From the NCBI GenBank assembly GCA_951406725.2, contig OX597830.1, forward strand, positions 30,814,001 through 30,878,000: DNA of 64,000 nt. The letters run 5' to 3'. The notes under the pieces were generated by a model. The model saw only the letters and a program-made list of their open reading frames with translations, had not been told where the DNA came from and did not search any database. The stretch is from Octopus vulgaris. Lineage: Eukaryota. Positions 25,213 through 41,021 of the stretch are shown piece after piece; position 1 is the first letter of the stretch; each line of letters starts with the position of its first letter. Made by a program: the position numbers and the translations under genes.

Positions 25213-25779
25213 TGCATCCGTAGTTATATTAAATCTAAAATGTAATTTCATATATGTTTGTACATTAGCGTACTCGTATATTTCGATTCTGAGTCTGTAC
25301 GAACGAGTGAGTGGCTGGGAATTAAAGCGTGTGTGTTTGTGTGTCTGTCTGTCTGTGTGTGTGTGTACGTGTGTGTGTGTGTGTGAAGGTTCACTTCTGT
25401 CAAGATGTATGTCAGGTGGAGATTACAAGTCTAAACAATGGGACACAAATGAGTTGTTGAAATCTCATCAACAAATTTGAAAACATGTCACCTTAAGAAG
25501 GACAGAAAGAAAAGAAGGAAAGAAAGAAATCCTGATCACAACACACACACACTCATGCACGACACACGCATGCATGCACTCACATACGCAAGCACACGCA
25601 CACACATGTACACGTACTCATACACACATACATGAAATAAAGGAAATCCACCGAATGGATATAAGAACACTTGTTTCATTTTGACTCGTGCTGTAACCAC
25701 AAATACAGGTTCATGATTTATAATATTGTTTTAATAATTATACATCCATACCATCCACCATGTACTTGTCTATGCTTGT

Positions 25780-25826
<47 letters not shown>

Positions 25827-25928
25827 TGTGTGTGTGTGTGTGTGTTGTGCGTGTGTGTGTGCTACATACACGCATCAGTCCCTAACACATTATTGAAAAC
25901 TAAAGCAAATTGATGCTAAAATAACCCA

Positions 25929-26088
25929 GGCGTAGGAGTGGCTGTGTGGCTTACCAACCACATGGTTCCGGGTTCAGTCCCACTGCGTGGAACCTTGGGT
26001 AAGTGTCTTCTACTATAGCCTCGCGCTGACCAAAGCCTTGTGAGTGGATTTGGCAGACGGGAACTGAAAGAAGCCCGTCATGTATATG

Positions 26089-26170
<82 letters not shown>

Positions 26171-26370
26171 TGTATATGTTTGTGTGTCTGTGTTTGTCCC
26201 CCCAACATCGCTTGACCACCGATGCTGGTGTGATTATGTCCCCGTAAGCTAGCGATTCGGCAAAAGAAACCGATAGAATAAGTACTAGGCTTACAAAGAA
26301 TAAGTTCTGGGGTCGATTTACTCGAATAAAAGCGGTACTCCAGCATGGGCACAGTCAAATGACTGAAACA
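25929..26370 (+). mobile_element. SINE family B, full length
   Basis: Family B head, internal (TA)n and tail. Confidence 0.9.
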
Positions 26371-27422
26371 TATATTAAAACGTTTCCAAATTAAAAAAAA
26401 TATCGCCAGTGAATACCATCACCGAAACGCTATCGCATGCACACACACACGCACACACTCACACACACACACACACGTCTCAGTATCCTAATTCGTACAG
26501 ATCTTAAGCACATCTATTGTAAAGTGCAGCATCATAACTATTTCAGAGTCTATGACTATCATCTATGAGAATCATAAAGCAAACTGCGGCCCATAGGACC
26601 TCCTGAACGAAAAGTTACATTCAATATGTTTTGTAGTGCGGTCCGTCACGTGATGTACCATGTCTCGTTTGGTCCTCCCCTCGAAAAAATGTTGCCCATA
26701 TTTGGCAATGGTGTAGAAATAAAAACGTACCTTTGCGTATTTTCGACGAGTTTTTTTCTCATTATATCAGCCGGATTACCAAAGGAGGCATAGTTCAGCA
26801 AACCAGCCTTCTATATCGTGGGAGATAGCTGGCAATCCTTCAATGACGTATTCGGATAAAAACAAAAGACTTAACTTCCTTCGCGAGGCAACGAAATTGT
26901 TCAGCAGGTTTAGTAATAATAAATCTATAAATATGATTTAAGCTTCCACCAACCAGAAGGTTAGTTTTGTCTTAGTACGAGGAAATGATTAGAACAGGGT
27001 CAATGCTAACGTTTTTATATTTCATTTGTTGCACGACGGCGGCGCGCTGACAGAATTGTTAGCATACCAGGAATTTTGAAAGTATCTATAAAATTAGTTT
27101 TCAAACATCGAACGGCTACGGGGTCCACCGGAGTAAGATAGTAATCAAAGGGATCCGTAGGTGAAAAACTACTTGAGAACCACTGCTCTTGACCGTAGGT
27201 TCTCAAAGTGGGCTCTACCGCCCCCTGGTGGGCGTTGAGAGGGTCCAGGTGGGCGCTGATGTCTAAGGAGGTGGTGCAGGGGGCGGTAGCGAAAAAGGAA
27301 GCATTGAGAGGAAGACAGTGGATTGGCGATGTTATGAATTCATTATAATATTATTATAGTATTGTATATAAATTATATAATATTATATTAAATATCAAAT
27401 GATTCTTAGTATATATAAATTG

Positions 27423-27684
27423 TGGAGGTACATGGCCTAGTGGTTAGAGCAGCGGATTCGCGGTCGAGGGATCGCGGGTTCGAATCTCAGACCGGGTGAT
27501 GTGTGTGCTTATGAGCGAAACACCTAAGCTCCACGCGGTTCCGGCAGAAGGTAATGGCGAACTTCTGCTGACTCTTTCGCAACAACTCATTCTCACTCTT
27601 TCCTCCTGCATCTTGCAGCTCACCTGCGAATGAAACCGGGTAACCGGCCCTAATGAGCCAGGGATGGCTCGAGAAGGAACAAAC
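27423..27684 (+). mobile_element. SINE family C (tRNA-derived head TGGAGG..ATGGCCTAGTGGTTAGAGCAGCGGA)
   Basis: A box TGGCCTAGTGG, B box GGTTCGAATC; same tail as the copy at 41961. Confidence 0.85.
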
Positions 27685-27689
27685 ATATA

Positions 27690-28055
27690 CTCTTTTACTT
27701 GTTTCAGTCATTTGACTGTGGCCATGCTGGAACACTGCCTTTAGTTGAGCAAATCGACCCCAGGACTTATTCTTTGTAAGCCTAGTACTTATTCTATCGG
27801 TCTCTTTTGCCGAACCGCTAAGTTACGGGGACGTAAAACACACCAGCATCAGTTGTCAAGTGATGTTGGGGGAACAAACACAGACACACAAACATATATA
27901 CGACAGGCTTCTTTCAGTTTCCATCTACCAAATCCACTCACAAGGCTTTGGTCGGCCCGACAAAAACACTTGCCCAAGGTGTCACGCAATCGGACTGAAC
28001 CCGGAACCATGTGGTTGGTAAGCAAGCTACTTACCACACAGCCACTCCTGCACCT
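27690..28055 (-). mobile_element. SINE family B, full length, short microsatellite
   Basis: Family B similarity. Confidence 0.9.
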
Positions 28056-28782
28056 ATATATAAGTAAAATATGAAATATTTATTTATACATAAAAATAGG
28101 GGTGGGGGCACTGAGGGTATTATGCGTCCATGAGGCGGGCAGTGTCCCCAAAAATTTGAGAACCTCTGCTCTGTACAAAACGATGTTGTCGGAAGGTACC
28201 AAGATGGATGGTAGTGATCTCCAGTCGACAGCTGATCAAGGAAGTCTCCCGTGGTGAAAGCTGTAATATAAAATTTAAAGAGGAACGAAAAAATGTTTGG
28301 CTTCATTCTTTAAATGAATGGCGAGGGTCATAGAAATAACTTGAAGTTAATGAAGCGTGAAGCTGGTTTAAAAACAATGGTTTACTAACGGCTAAATGTT
28401 GACCCGTTAATGACCTAGTTTATACTGGACGGTACTTCACGTCCCATTAAAATACAAGCATGTGTATGTGTCTAAATGTGTGTGTGTGGGGGGCGCATTT
28501 TAGGAAAGTTCAAGGGACAGAAAGAGATAAAAATTAATGTTTTCGGATTGATTTTCATCCCTTTTTCTTTTTCATGGTAGACTGGCACTTTTACTGTTCC
28601 TTCATTTTATTTATTTCTTGGGGTTTTTTTTAATGTATATAAATATATATACATACATACACATACACACATATAATATATATATATACTTACTTACATA
28701 TACATTTGTATACATGCATGCATAAATGTTCGTCTGTAGATATGTGTGTGTGTGCGTGCGTGTGTTTGGGTATATGAAGACA

Positions 28783-28837
<55 letters not shown>

Positions 28838-28997
28838 GCATATATATATACTGATATCTATGGCTAGATATAACTAATTATAGCTCTTATAGCCACTCTT
28901 GATCCCGTGGACCAAATCTTCGATAAAGATTTTGGTGGTTAAGTTTAAATCAAGGGACCGCTACGTGTTTCCTATATTCAGCATTTCCTTTTGAATT

Positions 28998-29660
<663 letters not shown>

Positions 29661-29728
29661 ATACATATTCTGGATACATACATACTAGCTCATGCACTTA
29701 AAGAATGGGCTTTGAGATATCACTGAGC

Positions 29729-29901
29729 CAAGCTTGTCCAACCTTTCCTGAGAAGCGGGCTGCATGAGATATAGCACATCATCCCACGGGCCGCACGTAA
29801 TATAGCTCACCAGACGAGCTGAAACATTAAGCATTTCAAAGTAATTTTTCGTAAGGCCTTCCACTGAGAATGTCTCGCGGGCCGCAGGTTGCCAATGGCT
29901 G
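29729..29901. mobile_element. Short hAT-type MITE remnant
   Basis: Imperfect TIRs CAAGCTTGTCCAACCT / AGGTTGCCAATGGCTG and repeated CGGGCCGCA subterminal motifs; no TSD seen. Confidence 0.5.
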
Positions 29902-29949
29902 AATTAAACTGTAGTAGTCTTTCAGACATCGTATTTTTTTTCCTTCTAA

Positions 29950-31652
<1,703 letters not shown>

Positions 31653-31727
31653 TATATATTCATTCAGTGATGATTGTATGTGTGTATGTGTGTGCGTGCG
31701 TGCGTGTATGTGACTGTGAGTGTATGT

Positions 31728-31772
<45 letters not shown>

Positions 31773-32393
31773 CTGTCTTAGAGTTTATTAGAAAATGGAC
31801 TAAACAGAATAGGAGACACATGGATGGGAAGAGTCACTGAAGAGGTCGCAGGTGTGTGACGAAGGATTTTCAGACAATGGACATAAGATAAAATACGAAC
31901 GATAAAATACGAACAATAATGAAGAACGAATATACAGTGCGTGTGTTTACTTAGCAAGAAAAATATATGACCGTCTCGAAATATAACAATATCTGTTTCA
32001 GCACACGATTTCACATCAGGAATCTTACAAAAACAAATATTTAAGCGTTAGAGTTTATATTACTTTGTATGCTTTCATTTAACATTGTTTATATGTGGAT
32101 GTGTACACGAGTGTATGTGTGTGTGTGTACTTTTTTGTTAAGGTTTATGATGGATAGTAACGTTTTTTAATCTATGTTTGTGTTTGAGCACACGTGTGCC
32201 TGTGTCTATATATCTATCATGTATGTGTGTGTGTGTATATATCTATGCATGTGTGTGTGTGTATATATATATATATCTATGCATGTGTGTGTGTGTATGT
32301 GTGTTTGTCTACGTTAACGTATTTGTAGTGTTTGTTTACGCGCCTTTGTATATTTGTGTTTGTGTGTGTGTGTGTGTCTGTGTGTGTGTGTGT

Positions 32394-32432
<39 letters not shown>

Positions 32433-33180
32433 TATGTGTTTGTGTTAAGCGGTTTTGTTTCTAATCAACGTATCTGACTGAGTGTGCGTATGTGTACTCG
32501 CAAGTGTGTGTGTGCGCGCGCACGTGCGTGTGTGTGTGTTTGCAAATATGTTTATACATGCGTGTGTATGTACACGTGTGTTTACGTGCGCATGCGCGAA
32601 TTGTCTTGGTGTGTTTTAAGTTGATGTGTTGACGCGTGAGATTTCGTTGGCAAGTAAGGAATCCTCGCGTTGGACTCTAAAAACTGGTTTGTTGACCTTC
32701 TGACCTTATACAAGGCAGAATATAGGGGCAACCTCATCGCCTTTAATTAGAGCGACTTCACCACCTCACCCATAACCCTTTACCCCCAACATTACTAAAG
32801 AAACAGCCGACACTATTTACTGTCCCCAACCCCACCGCTAACCTCCCAACTACCTGACCATCTAACCATGTCTCCTGTCTATAAGCACAGCGATAATGAA
32901 AATATAGTTAAACCGTGTATTATCCAGATAATGAAACAACCTCTACGTTGTTCGTCTCCGTGCTAGAAACAAAAAGCAGCTCTTCGTTAAATCACCCCCC
33001 CCACTCCAACATTTTGTTTTTTAAATTAAGGAATAACATATTGGATGATGTAGTCCTTGATTGACATGTCTGTGAGTTGAGTTTAAAAATAACACGTGTG
33101 ATAAACATATCTAGAATAATTTTGAACAAATATGGATAGATAGATAGATTGATTGATAGATAGATAGATAGACAGACAGG

Positions 33181-33255
<75 letters not shown>

Positions 33256-33797
33256 ATGGATAGATAGATGGGTGGATAGATAGATGGGTGGATGGATGGA
33301 TGGATTTGTTCAACTAAAGGTGGTGCTCCAGCATGGCCGCAGTCATGATTGAAACAAATAAAAGAATAAAAGAATATATTAGATTGATCCAATTCATAAC
33401 TATTGCTCATTTTGACCTCGGAAGGATCAAGGGCAACGCCAGTTTCGGCAGTATTTGAACTCAGAACGTGATAACGGACTAAATGCCGCTAAGCATTTTG
33501 TCCGGCGTGCTAACGGTTCTGCCAGCTCACTGCCTTGACATGACTAAATATCACAAAGCCATCCCCTTCTCTTTGTGCCTATTATGAGTCAATTAACAGA
33601 GTAAAAGGCATCAGTAATGAAACAGAACAACGATAATAAAGCGCAGCTCTGAAAGGAGGACATAAGAAATAAGAAACGTAAAACGTTTCGGATAATTATC
33701 TTTCACCAAGGAAAGCTAAGAGGGGTAAAACGTGAAAAGAGAAATTACCAATAACACAAAGCAGTTTTCATTTCACTCGCTGGTTCTTGAAGGAGTA

Positions 33798-34318
33798 CCG
33801 TAAATCCTCGAGTATAGTCCGCCCTTGAGTATTATACGTAGGGGATTTTTAGGGGGCTGTACTTCTGAACAACCTAAACCTTGTGTATAACACGCAACCC
33901 TTCTCTAACTTGAGTCGTACATAATGAAGTCAGCAGCACCTAGTCGAACAAGCACTTCCGCGCATGCGTAATACAATAATGGTGATGTTCTTAACTGTTA
34001 TATGGAAAGTAAATGTTTGCAAATTGTTTTTGTTATATGTCATTCTGTGTTCTGAATACTTTTATTTTAATAAATGTTGCTTACTGCAAGTTATGGATGA
34101 TTCATTTAAGACTTCATTGCTTTCAGGCTTAGCTTAAGGTATTTTCGCATCCGACATCAAAAATGCATCTGAATAAACATTGCCGGACAGCAAATACTGA
34201 CTCGGACATACTGCTTAGAAAATATTTTTCATTTTTAACCTCGTATATAGTACGCACTTGTGATTTTGACCTTTAAATTTTGGGGGAAAAAATGCGGATT
34301 ATACTCGAGGATTTACGG
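33798..34318. mobile_element. Tc2/pogo-like (Tc1-mariner superfamily) non-autonomous DNA transposon
   Basis: 25-bp TIRs CCGTAAATCCTCGAGTATAGTCCGC / GCGGATTATACTCGAGGATTTACGG (24/25 match); TA on the left flank (GA on the right); subterminal repeats of the TIR core. Confidence 0.85.
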
Positions 34319-35324
34319 GAGTGAGTTTCGTTAGCTATTGCAGACTGGTGATACTCAAGGCGTTAAAGTTGTTTAAATTATTGGAAGTTAACAGTCGTAA
34401 AAAGACATAATAGGGAGGAGATTACAGACAGCTTTTGTTCTGTGAAGGACACGCTGAATAACGTTGTCCTAGATATATCATCTCTGTACGAAAACACTGG
34501 TCGTGTTTGGAAAAGCCCTTCATTGATAGGTTTGCTCGTTGAGAGCTGAACTTGCTTTAAACAGAAATAAGTAGCTGATTGGTACATTAGCCAGAAGTCT
34601 AAAGGACCAAGACAACTTTTTTATACACTGGTAGGCATTTAGTGGGTACAGAATATATTTTTTTTTCTGCCGCTCCACTGCAATAACGATTATGAGGACA
34701 AAGCAACCATTATTATAGCTATAAATGATAACAACAAAAAAATAACAACAACAGCCACGAAGACAACAACGTGATAACAACAGCGACGTTATGAGCTGTT
34801 TAAGTAAGCAACAAGCTTTCTCAAGCAGAACATGTGAAATTTTTGCTGGCCTTTCGCATCGATTAACGCGCAGTCTTGCGGCCTATCAGCTGGTCATCTG
34901 CGTTGACATTAAGTAACTTGACAGAATTCAACAATGTTAAAAAATAAAGGCAAACAAGCTGTTACATACAGCAAAAATGAATAGGCATACAGATTAGTAA
35001 AATAATAAATGTTCTTTTAAGGATAAACAAATAATATAGTACAGCTATGGTTTATGATTTTGTTGCACATTGGGAGGGTCGTTAGGCCAATATTAAACAG
35101 ACGCGCAGGTTCTTTTGCACTTCTTTTATCATTAACAACCAATTAGTTAGCATTTAACTGAAATAAAGTTGGAGTAGAAAGGATATATCATTGATGAGGT
35201 TGTGAGTGGCAACGAAATGACTGACAAACCTAGCTGATTGATTGACTGACCGAACGATTAATCAAACAATCGATTATTTAATTAGTCAAGAGTTAACTAA
35301 TTATCTTTCATATTTTTTGTTGTT

Positions 35325-35517
35325 TTACATGTTTCAGTCATTAGACTGTGGCCATGCTGTGGCATCGCCTTGAAGAAGTTTTAGTCGAATGCATCGATAC
35401 GCCTGAGACTTATTCAATAGGTCGCTTGTCGAGCCGCTAAGTTACGTGGACGTAAACACACCGACACCGGTTGTCAAGCGAAGGTGGGAGACACAGACAT
35501 ACATACATACATATAAA

Positions 35518-35557
<40 letters not shown>

Positions 35558-35740
35558 TGTGTGTGTGTGTCTCTGTGTGTGTGTGTGTGTGTGCACGACG
35601 GACTTCAAAATTTGTCCAAACAATCCACCCAGAAGGCTTTGATCGGGCCAGGCTATTATAGATGACATTTGCCTATGGTGTCACACAGTAGAACTAATCG
35701 CGGAACCATATGGTTCTCACCATACAACCACGCCTGCGCC
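35325..35740 (-). mobile_element. SINE family B (diverged)
   Basis: Family B similarity. Confidence 0.75.
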
Positions 35741-36456
35741 TAATAATAAGAAGTAAAATAGAACCAGTGCATGTGCTTATTATTGGCATAATGACCGTCC
35801 CGAGATACAGCAGAATCTGTTTCAACATATGAATTCACATCAAGTTTCAAACCAGATACAAAATTGAAGTATTATGGTTTATGTATAGTGCATTTTCGTG
35901 CAGTTTGTTGTACTTGAAAAATATTTATTGTTATATAACTTCCATTCTGTATTTTAGTAATTAATTCCAAAAATATTGAGGAGCACTTTGATGTAAAGAT
36001 TTTTTTTATTTTTAAATCTCAAAAGATGGAATCAGAATTACATGACATTTTGGCTTAGTTCATAAAATACCTCAGGCAAAGTCAAGTTTGAATACTGATA
36101 TATTTTTTCTATTTTTTTCTTTTTTACTGATTTTTTTTTTTTGTAGCCTGGTGACGCAGGTAAAAATCTATGAATATATTTATATTTATGCATATATGTC
36201 TGCCAAAAATGTAATTATATCTCGCAAACCGAAAGAACGATATACAAATGTAATTATTTTTAAACGTATATCTCTGTCGATTATCTGTTGTCATGCCACC
36301 TACTACATGATATATTATATTACGATATCGTTCTAGATGCTTCTGTTGGGCCCTTTGGCAGGCTTTTCAAAAAGGAAACACTAATGTATTTGAAAATTAT
36401 GCATATACATACAAACACATATATGTGTGTATGAGTGCATGTATATGTATTTTTCA

Positions 36457-36481
36457 ATCTATCTATCTATCTATCTATCTA

Positions 36482-36514
<33 letters not shown>

Positions 36515-36530
36515 ATTTATCTATTTACCA

Positions 36531-36604
<74 letters not shown>

Positions 36605-36610
36605 TTACCA

Positions 36611-36688
<78 letters not shown>

Positions 36689-36712
36689 TGTCTGTCTGTC
36701 TATCATCTATCA

Positions 36713-36801
<89 letters not shown>

Positions 36802-36906
36802 ATAACAAGTTAAAAACAAAAACAAAAACAAAAAAACAACAACGCAAGGACGTGGAACAAATAAAGTATTATTGGATGCTCAGAAAAATATTATTGGACG
36901 CTCAGG

Positions 36907-36941
<35 letters not shown>

Positions 36942-36949
36942 ATCTACCA

Positions 36950-37041
<92 letters not shown>

Positions 37042-37068
37042 GACTATCTATCTATCCATCTATCTATA
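36457..37068. repeat. (TATC)n/(TA)n/(TC)n/(TGTC)n compound microsatellite
   Basis: Direct reading. Confidence 0.95.
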
Positions 37069-37079
37069 TACACAAAATA

Positions 37080-37640
37080 TGGGAGTTTACTTTACAGGTG
37101 ATCTAAACGTTTAGGTACGCCAGGTAAGTGCTGTAACGGATTACTGGGGCTCCAAGGTAATAGCCGAGACGGCAGTTATGGAGCCATTGCAGATTTCCAT
37201 ACAACTATACACCTTACTTTATCCAAAAGCCAATCCTTAAATTCCACCCTTCCCCCTCACTCTTTCTACCTTTCTATTTCTTTTCTTGTCTTTCCTTTTA
37301 CCACATAATAACCACCTCCGCTACCATTCTGTTATTGAACGTTGATATCTTCACATCTTTTTTCTCTGGATGTCTACTTTATTAGTATTTTAACCCACGT
37401 GGATCTCCGTAGAATTGCACCAAAGGACTTTTGCTCTTGTTTCTATAACTTCGAAAAAGTTGAACTATGAAGTTTTATGCATCTTTTTTCTTCTTTCTTT
37501 CCAACTCCTATGTCGTCATCTCATTAATATATACCATTCTCATTTTCTCTATTTTTCCCTATTTGTGTCTGATGACAGAATATGTCATACTCGGGGTTAT
37601 CCCAGAAACAGCTGTAAGACTTTGAATTTTTTCCAATATA
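37080..37640 (+). mobile_element. Probable Penelope 3' UTR ending in a decayed hammerhead motif
   Basis: Pyrimidine-rich UTR, then CTGATGA...TATCCC-A-GAAA-CAGCTG-TA-AGAC (37569-37620) with palindromic stem III. Confidence 0.5.
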
Positions 37641-37651
37641 TATATATGTAT

Positions 37652-37862
37652 TCTTTTATTCTTTTATTTGTTTCAGTCATTTGACTGCAGCCATGCTGGA
37701 GCACCGTCTTTAGTCGAGAAAATCGACCCCAAGACTTATACTTTGTAAGCCTAGTACTTATTCTAGCGTTCTCTTTTGCCGAACCGCTAAGTTACGGGGA
37801 CGTGAACACACAAACATCGGTTGTCAAACGATGGTAGGCGACAAACACAGACACACAAACAA

Positions 37863-37902
<40 letters not shown>

Positions 37903-38047
37903 TTATATACGACGGGCTTCTTTCAGTTTCCGTCTACCAAATCCACTCACAAGGCTTTAGTCGGCCCGAGGCTACAGTAGAAGACACTTGCCCAAGGTGC
38001 CACGCAGTGGGACTGAACTACTTACCACACAGCCACTCTTGCGCCTC
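37652..38047 (-). mobile_element. SINE family B, full length
   Basis: Family B similarity. Confidence 0.9.
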
Positions 38048-38059
38048 CATATACATATA

Positions 38060-38740
38060 ACCAAAACAAAAAATGTAACAGGCGACAACAAAACATTCGG
38101 ACAGTTAGACGATACAAAAAAGGAGAGAAAAAAACATAGACAGGTCATTCGGAGCTTTCAATCTTCAGTCGAGTACCAGATCGTCTTCCAAGTTTCGGTC
38201 GGTTACTCTCGAGACTGCCCTAATCTGGCCGGCCCCAAGAAAATCTAAGCTAAGAGCACTAGATTCTTTGGAAGAAAGTAAGCGAATGTATACGAAAACA
38301 AGACAAAAAACGGAGAAATGGTACACAATCACCAATACAAACAACAGGACATTAACAACAGTGTCTTTCAACTAAGGACGAATTAAATTAAGCTGGCGTG
38401 TGTGGAAGTGAAGCCTTACGGCAGGAACACAGGAGATGAAAGCCATTGGAAGGAATATAAGAGATGCTACACAGATGGTAGTCGAACCAGGAAAGAAAGG
38501 TCAGGCTTTGCCGAACACTGGTCACGTGGAAGGAGATGAGAGAGTTAGGGTAGAGGAGCTGGAGAATTAGGGAGGGACGAGAAAGAGAGAAAATGAAAGG
38601 AAAGGGACAGAGTGAGGTAAAGGTGGAGGGAAAGTGATGAGAATGAAGGGAAGGCCAAGAAATGTGAGAGAGGGTGGAAGCGAGAAAAAGAATAGTGGAA
38701 GGAACGTTGAAACTGCGAAGAGGGCAAAAGGAAAGAGTAT
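38060..38740 (-). mobile_element. Probable Penelope-type 3' region (related short copy at ~42330-42465)
   Basis: Shared CCGAAA...GACTGA(A/T)GATTGA...CGAATG motif between the two copies; purine-rich plus strand. Confidence 0.4.
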
Positions 38741-38998
38741 ACATATATGTGTGTGTGTGTGTGTGACTTGTTGCAGTCATTAGACTCCTGCCATGCTGGA
38801 GTACCACCTTGAAGAAATTTCGTCGAATTAATCAACCCCCAGTACTTATTTTTCAAGTGTGGTAGTTATTCTACACAGCCACGCATTTGCCAATAGTTAC
38901 GACTGAGCCTATAGTCACGGCTGCGTCTATAACCGTCAATTTCAAAGGCACTAAAGCATGTACCTAAACGGTTAGACTCCTCGCAATATTTGGTCGGT

Positions 38999-39056
<58 letters not shown>

Positions 39057-39535
39057 AAACATATGCATACATACATACATACATATATGTACATACCTAC
39101 ATCTATATGTATATATACATGCATATATGGGTACAGGACACCACAAATAAACGTAGAACACAACGAGAAACGAAAACATAAAGCCAAACAAGGAAACGGA
39201 CTTTTTTTAACAACGAAAAAACAGACTACAGGACAAACAATACAAGGAACATTCCCCTTCTTCAGCTGCCTCTGTTTCGACTCAATGCGTGTTTCGAAGG
39301 TAAGGGCAGAACACGATCCGGCCGTGAAGTCCTTCCTGCAAAATGAATTAAATAAAATTCTTATGCAGAGGGGTAAAACAAGTGACAAGAACAGGACGTA
39401 AAAGCAATACAAATGAAGAAAAAAAACTGCAAAAAAAGAATAAAAACAGGACAAGGAAACCAACAATAAGGGCTTTTCTTTAAGCCTAGACGGTGGAAAA
39501 TTTTGTTAGAACGCATTCTGAAGATCGGTTTGCAG

Positions 39536-39924
39536 AAGACAGAAGAAAGCCGATGTTGACTTGTTGAAAGCAGTGTGCAGAAAGAAAGTTAGTCCTCCGG
39601 TCAGCGGCCAGAGAGAGGAGGAGGAGTGAGAGAGAGAGATAGAGGAAAAGAAACCAGAAAGGGTGAAAAATAAGGAGAGAGACAGGTAGAGAGGAAGACA
39701 GACAGGCAGGGAGGAAAGGTCAAGTAAAAGACAGAAGAAAGCCGATGTTGACTTGTTGAAAGCAGTGTGCAGAAAGAAAGTTAGTCCTCCGGTCAGCGGC
39801 CAGAGAGAGGAGGAGGAGTGAGAGAGAGAGAGAGAGAGAGGAAAAGAAACCAGAAAGGGTGAAAAATAAGGAGAGAGACAGGTAGAGAGGAAGACAGACA
39901 GGCAGGGAGGAAAGGTCAAGTAAA
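39536..39924. repeat. Near-perfect 192-bp tandem duplication
   Basis: AAGACAGAAGAAAGCCGATG...GGTCAAGTAAA at 39536 and 39728; the copies differ essentially only in the (GA)n tract. Confidence 0.95.
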
Positions 39925-39947
39925 GAGTTAAGATATATATATATGAA

Positions 39948-40345
39948 AGCTTCTTTCAGCTTCCGTCTGCCAAATCCACACACAAGGCTTTGGTCGGCCC
40001 GAAGCTATAGTAGAAGACACTTGCCCAAGGTGACACGCAGTGGGACTGAATCCGAAAAAAATCGTTGGGAAGCAAGCTTCTTACCAATACACCCACGCCT
40101 GCGCCTATTTACATATCTATATATACATCTATAAATATATACACATATACATGTATATAAGTTTTTGTGTATTTGTGGTTGTGTATATTAGTCATCCAAC
40201 ACCGCTTGACAGCCGGTGATATTTATTTACGTCCCCCTTTCAAAGACTTGAAAATATATAACGTGGTCGATTTAATCGACTTATCTCTTCAAAAGCGGTG
40301 CCCCAGCATGTCCGCAATCCCATGAATGAATCAAGTAAAAGATAA
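39948..40345. mobile_element. SINE B 5' half (-, 39948-40105) and 3' half (+, 40180-40345)
   Basis: Family B similarity. Confidence 0.7.
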
Positions 40346-40360
40346 AGGATATGTGTATAT

Positions 40361-40414
<54 letters not shown>

Positions 40415-40989
40415 ACGTATAAACAATCGCGCACACATACCTGGTTGTGTATATGTGTGTCTGTATGTGTATGCGTGTGCACGTGTGTGTATGTGAGTGT
40501 GTTTGTGTGTGTGTGCGTTCATTAATTATCGATAGGAGCAATAGCATGTATATTTACATAGAGTGTATATCTATTTGTATGTGTGTGCATGTATATATAT
40601 ATATATATATGTATTTATATGTACAACTGCGTGTATCTGTGTATTTGCGAGTGCATATTAACACTTCCGGTTCCTTATTTTAATTATGACCTTATATGGT
40701 ATGAGTTTTGCGTGATATTTAAGATATGGTTATTTCAATCAATTATTTTGTTTAATGAACCTAAATTAAATACTGTAATTGCTAAAAATAAAACAACTCC
40801 TTAATTTAAAAAAAAAATGTCTGACTTCGACACGAAAACCTGGAGGGAGAAATAATCTGAAACATCGAAATTTTTACAACTACAGGGAATATATATTTAT
40901 ATAAATATAAAGTGCATATGTGTGAATACATATGTCTGTATGTGTGTGTGTGTGTATGTGTGTATTATACATGTATGAATATATGTGTT

Positions 40990-41021
<32 letters not shown>

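Larger units (their letters stand above)
27194..28168. mobile_element. hAT (Charlie-like) MITE with two nested SINEs
   Basis: TIRs CGTAGGTTCTCAAA / TTTGAGAACCTCTG; imperfect 8-bp TSD CTCTTGAC (27186-27193) / CTCTGTAC (28169-28176). Another hAT end (TTGAGAACCACTG) abuts it at 27173-27185. Confidence 0.65.

Noticed and set aside
33690-33722. Decayed hammerhead-like motif on the minus strand
   Set aside because: Core mutated (TTGGTGA) and no stem I; at most a PLE-end fossil.
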